A DNA stretch of 64,000 nt from an uncultured bacterium (GCA_937996685.1 CALKUP010000001.1:45322-109321); one strand, 5' to 3'. Counted from the stretch's first letter, positions 18,685 to 31,579 are shown. Made by a program: numbers and translations. Notes: generated by a model from the letters alone, not told the origin.

Positions 18685-18723
18685 TGTATGCGACGCCGGA
18701 CTTGATGTATGCAACCTTTTTTC

Positions 18724-19728
18724 TTATGAAATTTTTGTTGACATATCGCGATACAGCGCAATCATGCCAATAGCGCGAGCGATGTTGTGATCACGACGAG
18801 AAGTATACCGTGTGTCGTCCCACCCAAAATAATTATCGTTGACAATATCAGTAGCAAAGCGAGCTGCGAGCTCAAGGGTGATCATTTTAACAGCTTGAGG
18901 GATGAGTTTCTGTTCTTCTTCTGACAACTGAATTGACTCTAATATTCCTTCAAGCGCCGCAGTGTAATGCTCGAGATGAAATGTATTATTCGGGTCGTCT
19001 TCTTGCCCACCGCACCATGAGCGCAATGCATCGCCAATATCAACCAGCGGTGTATGCACCATCGTTGTATCAAAGTCGATCATGCAGGTTTCAGTGTCAT
19101 CAGTTGCAAATAAAATATTGGAAATTTTTGGATCACCATGCACAACGCGGGTTGGAAGATTTTTTGGGAGAAGATTTTTTTCGAGTTCAGGTGCGATGGT
19201 TTGTAATAATTCCCACTGACTGTCATGTACAAGAGCGCGTGCCTGTGCTTCAACCGCTCGCCATTCATCTAGAATGTCTGCTGTTTGATGCATTTTAAAA
19301 GAGCTGGTAAGTTCACCTGCGTCAAAATTTTTCATTCCGGCAAGAAACTGCCCCAGCGTTTCCCCGGCACGCCGTGCAATGTCAGCAGACGGAACAACGT
19401 GATATGTTTCACCTGGAATCGCGACCATAAGCTGCCAAAGATATTCTTGCGCGTCGATAAAAAATGGCACCTCTTGTGAAGAAGGAACGAGTGTAATGGT
19501 TGGAATACCTTCTGAGCGCAAATGTGTAACAACGCGATTAGCGTCGATAATCGTTTCCTTGCCAAAAATTTTTGCCATGCGTTGCAAGATGTATGTGCTG
19601 TCTTGTGCATGAACCACAAATGACCGATTGATTAAACTCAGCGGAATCGGTTCAATGGATTGAATGTTTTGAATACCAAATTCTGGGAGAATGGTTTGCT
19701 GGAGGTAGTCTTGAAGTGTTTGATCCAT
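18724..19728 (-). CDS. Aminoglycoside phosphotransferase-like kinase (N-acetylhexosamine kinase-like)
   Basis: HGDPKISNILF, IDFDT, DIGDALRS, ELAARF..D...YF. Confidence 0.85.
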   Translation of the reverse strand: MDQTLQDYLQQTILPEFGIQNIQSIEPIPLSLINRSFVVHAQDSTYILQRMAKIFGKETIIDANRVVTHLRSEGIPTITLVPSSQEVPFFIDAQEYLWQLMVAIPGETYHVVPSADIARRAGETLGQFLAGMKNFDAGELTSSFKMHQTADILDEWRAVEAQARALVHDSQWELLQTIAPELEKNLLPKNLPTRVVHGDPKISNILFATDDTETCMIDFDTTMVHTPLVDIGDALRSWCGGQEDDPNNTFHLEHYTAALEGILESIQLSEEEQKLIPQAVKMITLELAARFATDIVNDNYFGWDDTRYTSRRDHNIARAIGMIALYRDMSTKIS

Positions 19729-19821
19729 AGAACTACAGCATACTGGATTTTTGCTATTTACCAAAATAAGAAAAATGGTGCCACGTCTTTTGAAAAACGC
19801 AGCACCGAGCACAAGAGAGGG

Positions 19822-20475
19822 CTACAACCGGAATTGGTAGCCGGCGTAGACGATGGGGGTGTCGAGCAGGTTCACATGTGCGTAGAACCCGCCGATGGAG
19901 ATTCGCGGTCCAACGCGCGGGCCGTAGGTGTTCTCCCAGAAGACGCCAAGTTGCGGGCCTTTCTTCCACGGTCCAGCAGCAGCATACCCTTCGTAGTAGT
20001 AGCTGACCGGACGATCCTCGCTGAATCCCAGCGAGTGGATGGTCAGTGCACTGACTCGTCCGCCGGCTGCCGACAAGAGCGCGCTGTACCCAATCTGCGG
20101 CTGCACGCCCGTGCCAGGAAAGAAGGCAATCACGCCAATATTCAGGTTCTGCCGAACCGTGAGGCTTTTACCTTCCCATGACCAGTGGATGCCAGCGCGC
20201 CCAGCAGTCCAGCCGCTGATGCTTTGGTCATCGCTCCAGTGGACGTCGATGCCGGACTGGGCGAAGACACTCACCCCGAGCCAGTGGCAGTCGCAGGCGC
20301 CGAAGTGCCTGTTTGGTCCGATCGCGCTGACGGTCGTCAGCTTCACCCGGCCGAGTTCCGGAGAGGCTGCGAGTTGCACGTCTCCGAAGGTGTTGTGCGC
20401 AATCGCGGTGTGTTCAGGCTCCTGTCCAGCAAAAGCGCTGGAAAGGGCGGCGGCGAGCAAAAGAGCAGGGAACAT
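19822..20475 (-). CDS. Secreted orphan with beta-barrel-like pattern (217 aa)
   Basis: Signal peptide ending AFA; Gly/aromatic strands; C-terminal YAGYQFRL; GGAG SD; GC-rich. Confidence 0.6.
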   Translation of the reverse strand: MFPALLLAAALSSAFAGQEPEHTAIAHNTFGDVQLAASPELGRVKLTTVSAIGPNRHFGACDCHWLGVSVFAQSGIDVHWSDDQSISGWTAGRAGIHWSWEGKSLTVRQNLNIGVIAFFPGTGVQPQIGYSALLSAAGGRVSALTIHSLGFSEDRPVSYYYEGYAAAGPWKKGPQLGVFWENTYGPRVGPRISIGGFYAHVNLLDTPIVYAGYQFRL

Positions 20476-20704
20476 GAGGACTCCAACGGGGTCGTGTTCG
20501 TCGCGTCATGCGAACGAACAGAGTAATCTGCGCCTGAATTCAATAAAATAAAAGCCGTTAGAACGTGTTGCGTTGACCTGTACCAGAAAAAGAGGGTGTT
20601 TTGTTGTGGTTTTGCGCAATCAGCTATCCACTGACTTGATTTTTATAGGTATTTTTGTTATCATAAAAAAGATGACAGAATAATTTTGTGAAAAACAATA
20701 GAAA

Positions 20705-21886
20705 ATGAGCCCTCATTCATTGTCAGAAAAACTTGTACAGCTCGGTTTAACGCATAATCAAGCGGCGGTTTACGAAGCGTTGCTTCAACATGGTCAATCA
20801 AAAGCGGCGGTTCTTATTAAAGAAACGGGATTGCATCGCAATATTGTTTATGAAGCACTGGATGCGCTTGAAAAGCGGCTGTTGATTTTTAAAACAACTC
20901 AAGGCGGTGTGGCGCTGTTTCAGTTGTCTGACCCTGATTCACTGCTTACTGAGGCAAATCAACGATTATCGCTCGCTCAAGCTATTGTCACCGAAGTGAA
21001 TATTTCACGTAGTCGTTCAAATCATGAAGTGAAGTTATATGAAGGGATGAGTGGGCTGCAGGCGCATAGACAATCGCTGTTGTCTGATCTTGAAGAGTCA
21101 AAAGAGGAACATTATATTATTGCAGGCTCACATAAACAGAAAGAGTTATACGATCTTGTGTTTCAGGGGTATGACCAACAGCGCATACAGAAACAATTGC
21201 CAGCGAAGATTTTGTTTTCGAATACGGACATGGCATATGCTGAGGTGGTCGGAGGTCTTGAATATACCGCTGCGAAAATTTTGCCGCAGCACATGCAAGC
21301 GCCTGTCATGATTGATATTTGGAAAGATCACGTCGCATTTATGACGAATGATGAAGAGCCGTTTGTTGTTTCGATTCGTAATGCGCAGATGTTTGAGTCA
21401 TTTCGTGAATATTTTCAAACGCTATGGCAACAAGATGTTGAAACGATTACCGGTTTGTCCGTCATTCAGACGTCGTTTTTGCGTTGGATGTATGAAATGA
21501 AGCCAGGGGAGGAGTATATGGTGATTGGTGCAAATTACGGCGAAGAAGAATCAGCGAATATCATGAGACCGTGGTTCGTGAAATACCACAAAAAACGCTT
21601 GCAGTATGGCGTGCGGGCTCGGTTGTTGACGTTGTCTGGCAGCATACAAGCAGTGGTTGATGAAATTGTTGAAGCAAACGATCCTGAAATGAAGCTGACT
21701 GAGCTGCGTGTGATGCAAAAAGAATTAACATCACCAATGCAAATAAACATCTATCCAACTGCTGTGCGATTTATTTATTGGGACGTTGAAGAAAAAGCTG
21801 TTGCAATTGATATACGACGAAAAGATATTCGTGATGCAATGGTGCAATATTTTACAGCGCTCTGGAATGCGAGCGACAAAGTATAG
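20705..21886 (+). CDS. TrmB-family transcriptional regulator with duplicated effector-like domain
   Basis: LGLT..QA.VY..LL..G, TGLHR..VY..L..L; two repeats ending YFQTLW and YFTALW. Confidence 0.85.
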   Translation: MSPHSLSEKLVQLGLTHNQAAVYEALLQHGQSKAAVLIKETGLHRNIVYEALDALEKRLLIFKTTQGGVALFQLSDPDSLLTEANQRLSLAQAIVTEVNISRSRSNHEVKLYEGMSGLQAHRQSLLSDLEESKEEHYIIAGSHKQKELYDLVFQGYDQQRIQKQLPAKILFSNTDMAYAEVVGGLEYTAAKILPQHMQAPVMIDIWKDHVAFMTNDEEPFVVSIRNAQMFESFREYFQTLWQQDVETITGLSVIQTSFLRWMYEMKPGEEYMVIGANYGEEESANIMRPWFVKYHKKRLQYGVRARLLTLSGSIQAVVDEIVEANDPEMKLTELRVMQKELTSPMQINIYPTAVRFIYWDVEEKAVAIDIRRKDIRDAMVQYFTALWNASDKV

Positions 21887-21897
21887 GATGTTTCGTG

Positions 21898-21980
21898 TAC
21901 CGTGGGAGAGACTCGAACTCTCACAACTGTGAAGTTACTGGCACCTGAAGCCAGCGCGTCTACCATTCCGCCACCACGGC
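21898..21980 (-). tRNA. tRNA-Leu(CAG)
   Basis: Reverse complement GCCGTGG..CTGGC-TT-CAG-GT-GCCAG..GTTCGAGTC; CCA not encoded. Confidence 0.95.
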
Positions 21981-22172
21981 ATATACATATATATGTATGC
22001 CAAAATATCCTAGCAATGAATAGATGAAGTCGCAAGAATGTGGGATTTGCTTTTTTTGAGGAGCATCCGTAAGATTTGCGCATTGATTGTTCAAAAAGGG
22101 CGATCATGCTTTTTGAGAACATCAACAGTGCTCATGCCACCAGGTCCCAAGAGGCCTATAGAAGGAGGGCGC

Positions 22173-23441
22173 ATGCCGGTCACAGCAGTTGTCGGAGCGC
22201 AATACGGAGATGAAGGGAAGGGTCGCATCGTCGACTACCTCGCCCAGCACGCGGACATGATCATCCGGTACCAGGGCGGCGACAACGCCGGCCACACCGT
22301 GATCAACCAGTACGGCAAGTTCGCTCTGCACATGGTGCCGTCGGGTGTGTTCAACCCCGTCGCCAAGTGCATCGTTGGCGCGGGCTGCGTCGTCAACCCT
22401 GAGAACCTGCTCGCCGAGCTTGCGCAGATCGAAGCTGCGGGTGTGCTGACGGGCAACCTGATGCTGAGCGAGCGCGCTCACATCGTCATGCCGTACCACC
22501 CGATGATCGACGGGCTCCAGGAGAGCAACCGGTCGGGCAAGGAGGTCATCGGCACGACCAAGCGCGGGATCGGACCGACCTACGCTGACAAGGCGGCTCG
22601 TTGGGGCCTGCGCCTCGGCGACCTGCTCCACCCTGACTGGTTCCGTGAGCGCCTCAGCAACGTGCTTCCGCACAAGAACCGCGAGATCACGGAGTTCGGC
22701 GGCCAGCCGTTCGAGATGAGCGAGTTGCTCGCCACCGCCGAGGTTTGGCGCGCCAAGCTCGGCCACCGCATCGTCGACACCATGCCGATCGTGCAGGCGG
22801 CGGTCAGCCAGGACCTCAACGTGTTGCTCGAAGGCCAGCTCGGCGTGATGCGCGACATCGACTGGGGTATCTACCCGTACGTCACGTCGTCCAACCCGAT
22901 CTCGGGCGCGGCGTCGGCGGGTGCGGGCCTGCCGCCCCAGGCGATCAAGAACGTGCTCGGCGTGGTCAAGGCCTACGCCACTGCGGTCGGCGCTGGTCCG
23001 TTCCCGGTTGAGCTCACCGACGAGGTGGGTGAGCGCCTGTGCGACATCGGCAAGGAATACGGCGCGACGACTGGTCGTAAGCGTCGCTGCGGCTGGTTTG
23101 ATGCCGTTGCCTTGCGCTACGCCGCGTGGCTCAACGGCTTCACCAGCCTCGCGATCACCAAGCTCGACGTGCTCGACACCTTCGAGGAGATCAAGGTCTG
23201 CATCGGCTACCGCTGGCGCGACCGCGTTTTCACGCACGTGCCTGATGCCGCGATCTACGGTGAGTGCGAACCGGTGTACGAGACGTGGCCGGGCTGGAAC
23301 GAGTCCACCTGCGACGTCCGCACCTGGGACGACCTGCCCAAGCCCGCGCGCCTCTATCTGCGCCGCTTGAGCCAGCTCGTGGGCGTGCGCATCCAGTTCA
23401 TTTCGGTGGGCCCCGAGCGCGAACAGCTCATTGTGATGTGA
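22173..23441 (+). CDS. purA: Adenylosuccinate synthetase
   Basis: [44 protein letters not shown]; AAGGAGG SD. Confidence 0.98.
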   Translation: MPVTAVVGAQYGDEGKGRIVDYLAQHADMIIRYQGGDNAGHTVINQYGKFALHMVPSGVFNPVAKCIVGAGCVVNPENLLAELAQIEAAGVLTGNLMLSERAHIVMPYHPMIDGLQESNRSGKEVIGTTKRGIGPTYADKAARWGLRLGDLLHPDWFRERLSNVLPHKNREITEFGGQPFEMSELLATAEVWRAKLGHRIVDTMPIVQAAVSQDLNVLLEGQLGVMRDIDWGIYPYVTSSNPISGAASAGAGLPPQAIKNVLGVVKAYATAVGAGPFPVELTDEVGERLCDIGKEYGATTGRKRRCGWFDAVALRYAAWLNGFTSLAITKLDVLDTFEEIKVCIGYRWRDRVFTHVPDAAIYGECEPVYETWPGWNESTCDVRTWDDLPKPARLYLRRLSQLVGVRIQFISVGPEREQLIVM

Positions 23442-23564
23442 TGCGGACGGCGTCACGACACAGTTCTCAGTGCTCAATGCACTATTGAGCACCAGCGGCG
23501 CGTTGTGCGTGGATTTTATCCCGTACAACCCGCTGCTTTTTTCTTTATAGAATCGAAAGCGTAC

Positions 23565-23643
23565 TTATCCCCATTTTTATCCACTTATACACAGAGTTGT
23601 CCCAGGATAGGGGTTTGACATGAAAGTGCCTTTCACGTATAGT
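23565..23643 (+). promoter_or_regulatory. rRNA promoter with upstream DnaA-box-like cluster
   Basis: TTGACA(23615)-N17-TATAGT(23638); TTATCCCCA, TTATCCACT and TTATACACA at 23565-23593. Confidence 0.7.
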
Positions 23644-24087
23644 GTTTTAGCTCTCTGAAATTTTAATTTTACGCGGCATACGACGCTAAAGCAACGAAAA
23701 AACTCTGTGGACCCTTTGTTTATTGATTCGTTGTTCAGCCAATGCCATTTCACGATGACAATCGTTACCACAACAAACAACACAAGCAACTAAGCCGATA
23801 GCACAATCTGTGTGTACCGGAGTCGCTTGTAAGCGATTTTTTTGAACCCTTTCCAACTCACTTCACCTTCACAGACCTGTTTTTTCTCTAATATTTAGAA
23901 AAAAGTAGACCTGTGCCGATGAATTCTCGAACCTGACAGCACGAACGTTGACAACTGAATAGATCAAGATCTGCAATAGATAAAAAAATTGTAATTTTCG
24001 TTGATTCCGTAACAAGAATCTCAACAATTCTCATATAACATACAATGTTCAAATATATGTGTTCAAAATGTATAGTCTCAACTATAC

Positions 24088-27007
<2,920 letters not shown>

Positions 27008-27209
27008 GTATAGTTGATACTATACCGCGTGCAAGACGCACGCTCTACGTTTCAGTTTGTATAAAAGCAAACAAGAGAAGAAACAACGCAGAAATATTTT
27101 GATCTATTCAGTTAAGTAACGTTTTATCGCAAGAGAGGTGATGCTCTCCTGTGATGAAAGCGGTTAGAGTCACCAGAGTTGTGATGCGAAACAGATTCGC
27201 GTAACAATT

Positions 27210-27313
27210 CTGGTGGTTCTAGCGACACGGAAACACCTGTTCCCATTCCGAACACAGCAGTTAAGCGTGTCAGCGCCGATGATAGCCTTCGGGTGAAAGT
27301 AGGTCACCGCCAG
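27210..27313 (+). rRNA. rrf: 5S rRNA
   Basis: CACCTGTTCCCATTCCGAACACAG.AGTTAAG; CTGGTGG pairs with CCGCCAG. Confidence 0.95.
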
Positions 27314-27324
27314 TTTATCGATCT

Positions 27325-27350
27325 AAGCGTCCCTTCGGGGGCGCTTTTTC
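27325..27350 (+). terminator. rRNA unit terminator
   Basis: AAGCGTCCC-TTCG-GGGGCGCTTTTT. Confidence 0.9.
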
Positions 27351-27431
27351 GTTTTTATTAGTAGAAATAATACCTATAACCCGGTTGCATATTTTTCCCA
27401 GTTCGGTAGGGTGTATGCAGGAGGTGTTTTG

Positions 27432-27923
27432 ATGACCAATACAAACCAAGTCTTGTCCGTTCAAGTACCGAAGAGCTCTAAACTTCGTCGGAGGTTTACA
27501 ACACAGGATCGCGACAGACTAATGTCCTTTGTCATTGAATGGGCACGCCTTGCAGGTGCGATCCAAGAGCAGTTGCAATACGTTGCGTACCTGGTTTTGA
27601 AAGACAATAGTCAGAGCCTTGCAGTCGCGGCTCACGCTCTTGTAGATCATCGGGGTTGCTTGGGGTGTGATGCTCATTGGGTGCCCGGGATAAGTAACGA
27701 GCTGGATTGCCTGGCGTTGTTTCTCGACTTCAAGGCGAGGCGGCGACCTGCTCCGCGTACGGAAGAGGAGGACGATCCAGGAGGTGGTGAACAGTGGGGT
27801 TGCTACGACCTCGCGATTCTTGTGTACTACGGTCACGATGGAAAATTCGTTTTCGCACGGGTTGACCTCGCGCTCGATTTCGAGCACAAAATAGCGGAGG
27901 AGTTCTTCGCTCCGGATGCGTAA
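27432..27923 (+). CDS. Orphan hypothetical protein (163 aa)
   Basis: AGGAGGTG SD; raised GC; two downstream hairpins. Confidence 0.6.
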   Translation: MTNTNQVLSVQVPKSSKLRRRFTTQDRDRLMSFVIEWARLAGAIQEQLQYVAYLVLKDNSQSLAVAAHALVDHRGCLGCDAHWVPGISNELDCLALFLDFKARRRPAPRTEEEDDPGGGEQWGCYDLAILVYYGHDGKFVFARVDLALDFEHKIAEEFFAPDA

Positions 27924-28069
27924 TCTCGCGCCAGGCCACCTCAGGTCACAACATCATTCTGACGTGGCAACAGGGAGGGGTGTTTCACAAAGCGCCCTTC
28001 CTTATTTCTTATTTGATATATGCTACGTGGTAGTTTTTTTAGAGTGATACATGTGCTAGGCTAGAGCGT

Positions 28070-29365
28070 ATGAAAACCATTATTGATCTCCACATGCACT
28101 CGCATTATTCGCGAGCGACCAGCAAGCAACTGACGCCGTTTGGGATTGTTCGCGCTGCGGCGCTGAAGGGCGTTGATGTGATTGCGACAGGCGATATCAC
28201 GCATCCGCAATGGCTCGATGAAATTGAACGCGATTGCATTGAAGATGGTAGTGGATTTTTGACGTTGAAGCCTGAAGTGATTGAACGAAACTGGAAAGCG
28301 GAAGATCCGTATTGGATGCGCGAGGCAATGACTCGAGTGCGGCTCATTTTGTTTGGTGAGGTGAGTAATATCTATAGACGCGATGACAAAACACGTCGAG
28401 TACATATGTTGTTCGGCGTTTCTTCGCTCGCAGCAGCGCGTGCGGTCAACACTGAGTTGCAGGATCGTGGATATAACATTCTGTATGACGGGCGACCAAT
28501 TATCGGGATGGATGTTCGCGAGCTAATGAAAATGTATTTGGACGTAGATCCGAATGCGCTTGTGATCCCGGCGCATATTTGGACGCCATGGTTTGCATTG
28601 TTTGGCAGCAAGTCGGGCTTTGATTCTTTAGAAGAGTGTTTTGGCGACATGACGCCGCATATTTTTGCTATTGAAACAGGCTTGTCGTCTGACCCGGCAA
28701 TGAACGTGCGAGTAAGCTCCTTGAACAACGTGTTGATTACCAGTCACTCTGACGCCCATTCAACAGAAAAAGTTGGGCGAGAAGCAACCGTGATGGAATT
28801 GCCAGAACGCACATACACCGCCTTGCATACAGCAATGAAAAATCGAGAAGGCCCGCTCTGTACAATTGAGTTTTATCCGGAAGAAGGGAAGTATCACATG
28901 GATGGCCACAGAGCGTGCAATGTTCGACTCACCCCAAAAGAAACCTTGAAAAATAACGGCTTGTGTCCGGTGTGCAAATTACCAGTGGTAGTCGGAGTCA
29001 TGAATCGCGTGGAGCAAATCGCGGATCAAACGGCGGACGAGCGACCAAAAAATGTCAGCGCACCATTTCAATCAATCGTTCCGCTTCCAGAAATTATTGC
29101 ATCAGCCTTTGGTGTGAAAAGTGTGACAAGCAAGCGCGTGCAAGCAGAATTCATGTCGCTGATTCACGCACTTGGTAATGAGTTTTTTATTTTACTTGAT
29201 GCGCCAATTAAAGACATTGCTCGTGTTGCGCATCCGCTCGTTGCGGAAGGGGTCAAGCGAGTGCGCGAAGGAACAATTCACATTGAACCAGGCTATGACG
29301 GAGCATTTGGTGTTGTCGAGGTCTTTACGCAAGATGAGCGCGCGCAATACAAACAGCGCTCGTAG
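28070..29365 (+). CDS. Endonuclease Q family (PHP domain plus Zn finger)
   Basis: DLHMHSHYSRATS, PAHIWTPW, ETGLSSD, SDAHS, GKYH.DGHR.C, CPVC. Confidence 0.9.
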   Translation: MKTIIDLHMHSHYSRATSKQLTPFGIVRAAALKGVDVIATGDITHPQWLDEIERDCIEDGSGFLTLKPEVIERNWKAEDPYWMREAMTRVRLILFGEVSNIYRRDDKTRRVHMLFGVSSLAAARAVNTELQDRGYNILYDGRPIIGMDVRELMKMYLDVDPNALVIPAHIWTPWFALFGSKSGFDSLEECFGDMTPHIFAIETGLSSDPAMNVRVSSLNNVLITSHSDAHSTEKVGREATVMELPERTYTALHTAMKNREGPLCTIEFYPEEGKYHMDGHRACNVRLTPKETLKNNGLCPVCKLPVVVGVMNRVEQIADQTADERPKNVSAPFQSIVPLPEIIASAFGVKSVTSKRVQAEFMSLIHALGNEFFILLDAPIKDIARVAHPLVAEGVKRVREGTIHIEPGYDGAFGVVEVFTQDERAQYKQRS

Positions 29366-29386
29366 CTCTTTGTAGTTTCGCGACTG

Positions 29387-30070
29387 TTATTCAATAACGC
29401 GAATCATGTCAGCAGATGAACGGCGCATTTTCGCGAGGTGTGCGTATTTGTCGTCTTCTGCGTGATATCCGATTGCAAGGGCAACTTCTGCGTGATATCC
29501 AGTGCCACGCAGGCCAAGGGCTTTATTGAAACCGGGTTCCATAAATCCCCCCATTGGACACGCGTCTACACCCAATAGCGCTGCTGTTTCAAGCATAAAG
29601 CCAAGGCTGATATAGGCCTGTTTTGCTGCCCATTCGTGGTCTTTTCGGCCAGCCGGCGTCCATTTTGCAAGTCCTGGAAACCAGCGAACAAAGCGAGTGA
29701 TTTTGACATAGAGCATCACGCTTTTTCGAAAGCCAGCGAGTGAAGAAACGTCAATGTTGCGGGCCGCTGCAATGCGTTCCATCGCAGCGTCAACGTCATC
29801 CACGGTCAAGACATTTTTGATAGAAAAAACAATCAAATGAGATGCATCAGTAATTTGTGATTGACCCATCGCCGGCTTCAAGAGTTCTTTGCGTATTTCT
29901 GGATTCTTGACGACGATAATATCAAACGGTTGCAAACCAAGACTGCTTGGGGCAAGTCGTCCGGCTTCAAGAATAGTTTGCAGATATTCTTCTGATACTT
30001 TTTTTGTTGGGTCAAATCGTTTGACTGCATAACGATGTTGTAAGGCATCGAGAATTGTTGATGTGTTCAT
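29387..30070 (-). CDS. Nitroreductase family protein
   Basis: RYAVKRFD, LAPSS.GLQP, DACPMGGF. Confidence 0.92.
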   Translation of the reverse strand: MNTSTILDALQHRYAVKRFDPTKKVSEEYLQTILEAGRLAPSSLGLQPFDIIVVKNPEIRKELLKPAMGQSQITDASHLIVFSIKNVLTVDDVDAAMERIAAARNIDVSSLAGFRKSVMLYVKITRFVRWFPGLAKWTPAGRKDHEWAAKQAYISLGFMLETAALLGVDACPMGGFMEPGFNKALGLRGTGYHAEVALAIGYHAEDDKYAHLAKMRRSSADMIRVIE

Positions 30071-30091
30071 ATGTGTGAGAAATACTATATA

Positions 30092-30418
30092 TTAACGAGA
30101 GTGTTTTTTGCCCCAGGCTCGAAATGAGTCAAGAATTGGGTCAACAGCTTTAGCTTTTTTTGTGAGTGTATATTCTACTTTTGGAGGAATAACCGGATAG
30201 GCTTTGCGAGTAATGAGTCCTGCAAATTCCAGCTCTTCTAATCGCTCGGTCAGGGTTTTTGTTGAAATTCCATGGACTGATTTGAGTAGCTCGCCGAAGC
30301 GTTTTTTGCCAGTTTGCAAGTCGCGCAGAATGAGTAGGGTGTATTTTTTCCCGAGCAAGGCAAGGGCATGCTCGATCGGACAGGCGTCCCCAGGTTGTAT
30401 TTTTTTATCCACAGCCAT
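30092..30418 (-). CDS. HxlR family regulator
   Basis: CP.E.AL, RFGEL, PPKVEY.LT. Confidence 0.92.
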   Translation of the reverse strand: MAVDKKIQPGDACPIEHALALLGKKYTLLILRDLQTGKKRFGELLKSVHGISTKTLTERLEELEFAGLITRKAYPVIPPKVEYTLTKKAKAVDPILDSFRAWGKKHSR

Positions 30419-30442
30419 AATCTTTACTTTACTATATGAAAC

Positions 30443-30461
30443 TACTTTACAAAAGAAAGTA
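30443..30461. promoter_or_regulatory. Probable HxlR operator
   Basis: TACTTT-N7-AAAGTA dyad upstream of hxlR. Confidence 0.5.
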
Positions 30462-30527
30462 TAAAACGTATCCTATAGATTGTCAATGCAATTGACGTTA
30501 TTTAATACGCAAAGAATAAAAAGAGTT

Positions 30528-30887
30528 ATGGAATTACAAGAACTCAAAGCAATCGTTGAAGAACACAACGCAATGCTTTCAACAGGAAAAATCGTTGATA
30601 CATACACAAAGTACTACGGTGAAAATGTGAGCATGCAAGAAAACTTGGATGCGCCAACTGTTGGTTTTGAAGCAAACCTTGAACGTGAAAAAGCGTTTGA
30701 AGGTAGCATTGTTGCTGTGCACGAAATCACTCCAGTGGCTGTTGCATACGGAGAAAACGGTCTCGTCATGTCACAATGGGTGTACAAGTTTACTCACAAA
30801 GAATGGGGTGAAGTAACAATGGCACAAGTTGCTGTTCAACAATGGGAAAATGGAAAAATTGTTAAAGAACAATTCTTCCACGCATAA
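30528..30887 (+). CDS. SnoaL/NTF2-like protein
   Basis: YY.ENV.MQEN, QVAVQQWENGKIVKEQF. Confidence 0.85.
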   Translation: MELQELKAIVEEHNAMLSTGKIVDTYTKYYGENVSMQENLDAPTVGFEANLEREKAFEGSIVAVHEITPVAVAYGENGLVMSQWVYKFTHKEWGEVTMAQVAVQQWENGKIVKEQFFHA

Positions 30888-30940
30888 AGAGAGGTCTCTT
30901 TAGAAAAAAGCCGTACAAGAGTGTGCGGCTTTTTTTGTGT

Positions 30941-31579
30941 TTACGAATTTTCTTGGTCGCGCCTTTTTTTGAATATATAGATAAATATCGCAATGATCAG
31001 CAGGAGAATAATTCCGTATCCAATAGTTTCAAAGCTGTCTAAGTCATTATTGATATTTTCGAGAGCTTGAGTTCCGGTAAATCCTAAATAGAGATAAAAA
31101 ATATTACGCACCCATAATCCTGCTGCACTACTGATGAGGTATGTTTTGAGGTCTAATTGTAATATTCCGGCCGCAAACGAAACTGGCGCGGTTGGAACAA
31201 TTGGAGTCGCGCGCAGTAAAAATAATGCGACAGCATCTTTCGGGCCCTGCCCTAATTTTTCACTCATTGCAAGAATTTGCTTTTGACTGACGCCAATGTA
31301 TTTACCCCATTGTCCGACAAGAACGGCGTTCAGCAAATGTGCGAATTTATAAATAATATACCCACCGATGCTTTTTCCAACAGCACCAACGAAGGCAAGA
31401 AAAAAGAGGAGTACGTACGCATGGCCTTGTGATTTTGCGAGTGAGCCGCCAAGTGTCATGACTAATGGTGACGGAATTGGTGCGATCAACTCTTCAATAA
31501 ACGCCCCGCTAAAAACAAATAGAGGTAGCGGAATTATTTCGGAGAGTGAATAGAGGTTTGTAATGAAAAAATCAATCAT
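30941..31579 (-). CDS. DedA/VTT family membrane protein
   Basis: E.LIAPIPS, LRATP, S.AAG. Confidence 0.85.
   Translation of the reverse strand: MIDFFITNLYSLSEIIPLPLFVFSGAFIEELIAPIPSPLVMTLGGSLAKSQGHAYVLLFFLAFVGAVGKSIGGYIIYKFAHLLNAVLVGQWGKYIGVSQKQILAMSEKLGQGPKDAVALFLLRATPIVPTAPVSFAAGILQLDLKTYLISSAAGLWVRNIFYLYLGFTGTQALENINNDLDSFETIGYGIILLLIIAIFIYIFKKRRDQENS

Noticed and set aside
18684-18715. Direct repeat ATGTATGC(G/A)AC
   Set aside because: Both copies lie on one side of the islet, so not a target-site duplication
22122-23528. 468-aa antisense ORF over purA
   Set aside because: Shadow ORF expected from the strong GC codon bias; purA is unambiguous
23565-23605. Replication origin
   Set aside because: Only three boxes, no dnaA or dnaN, and no obvious switch in gene orientation
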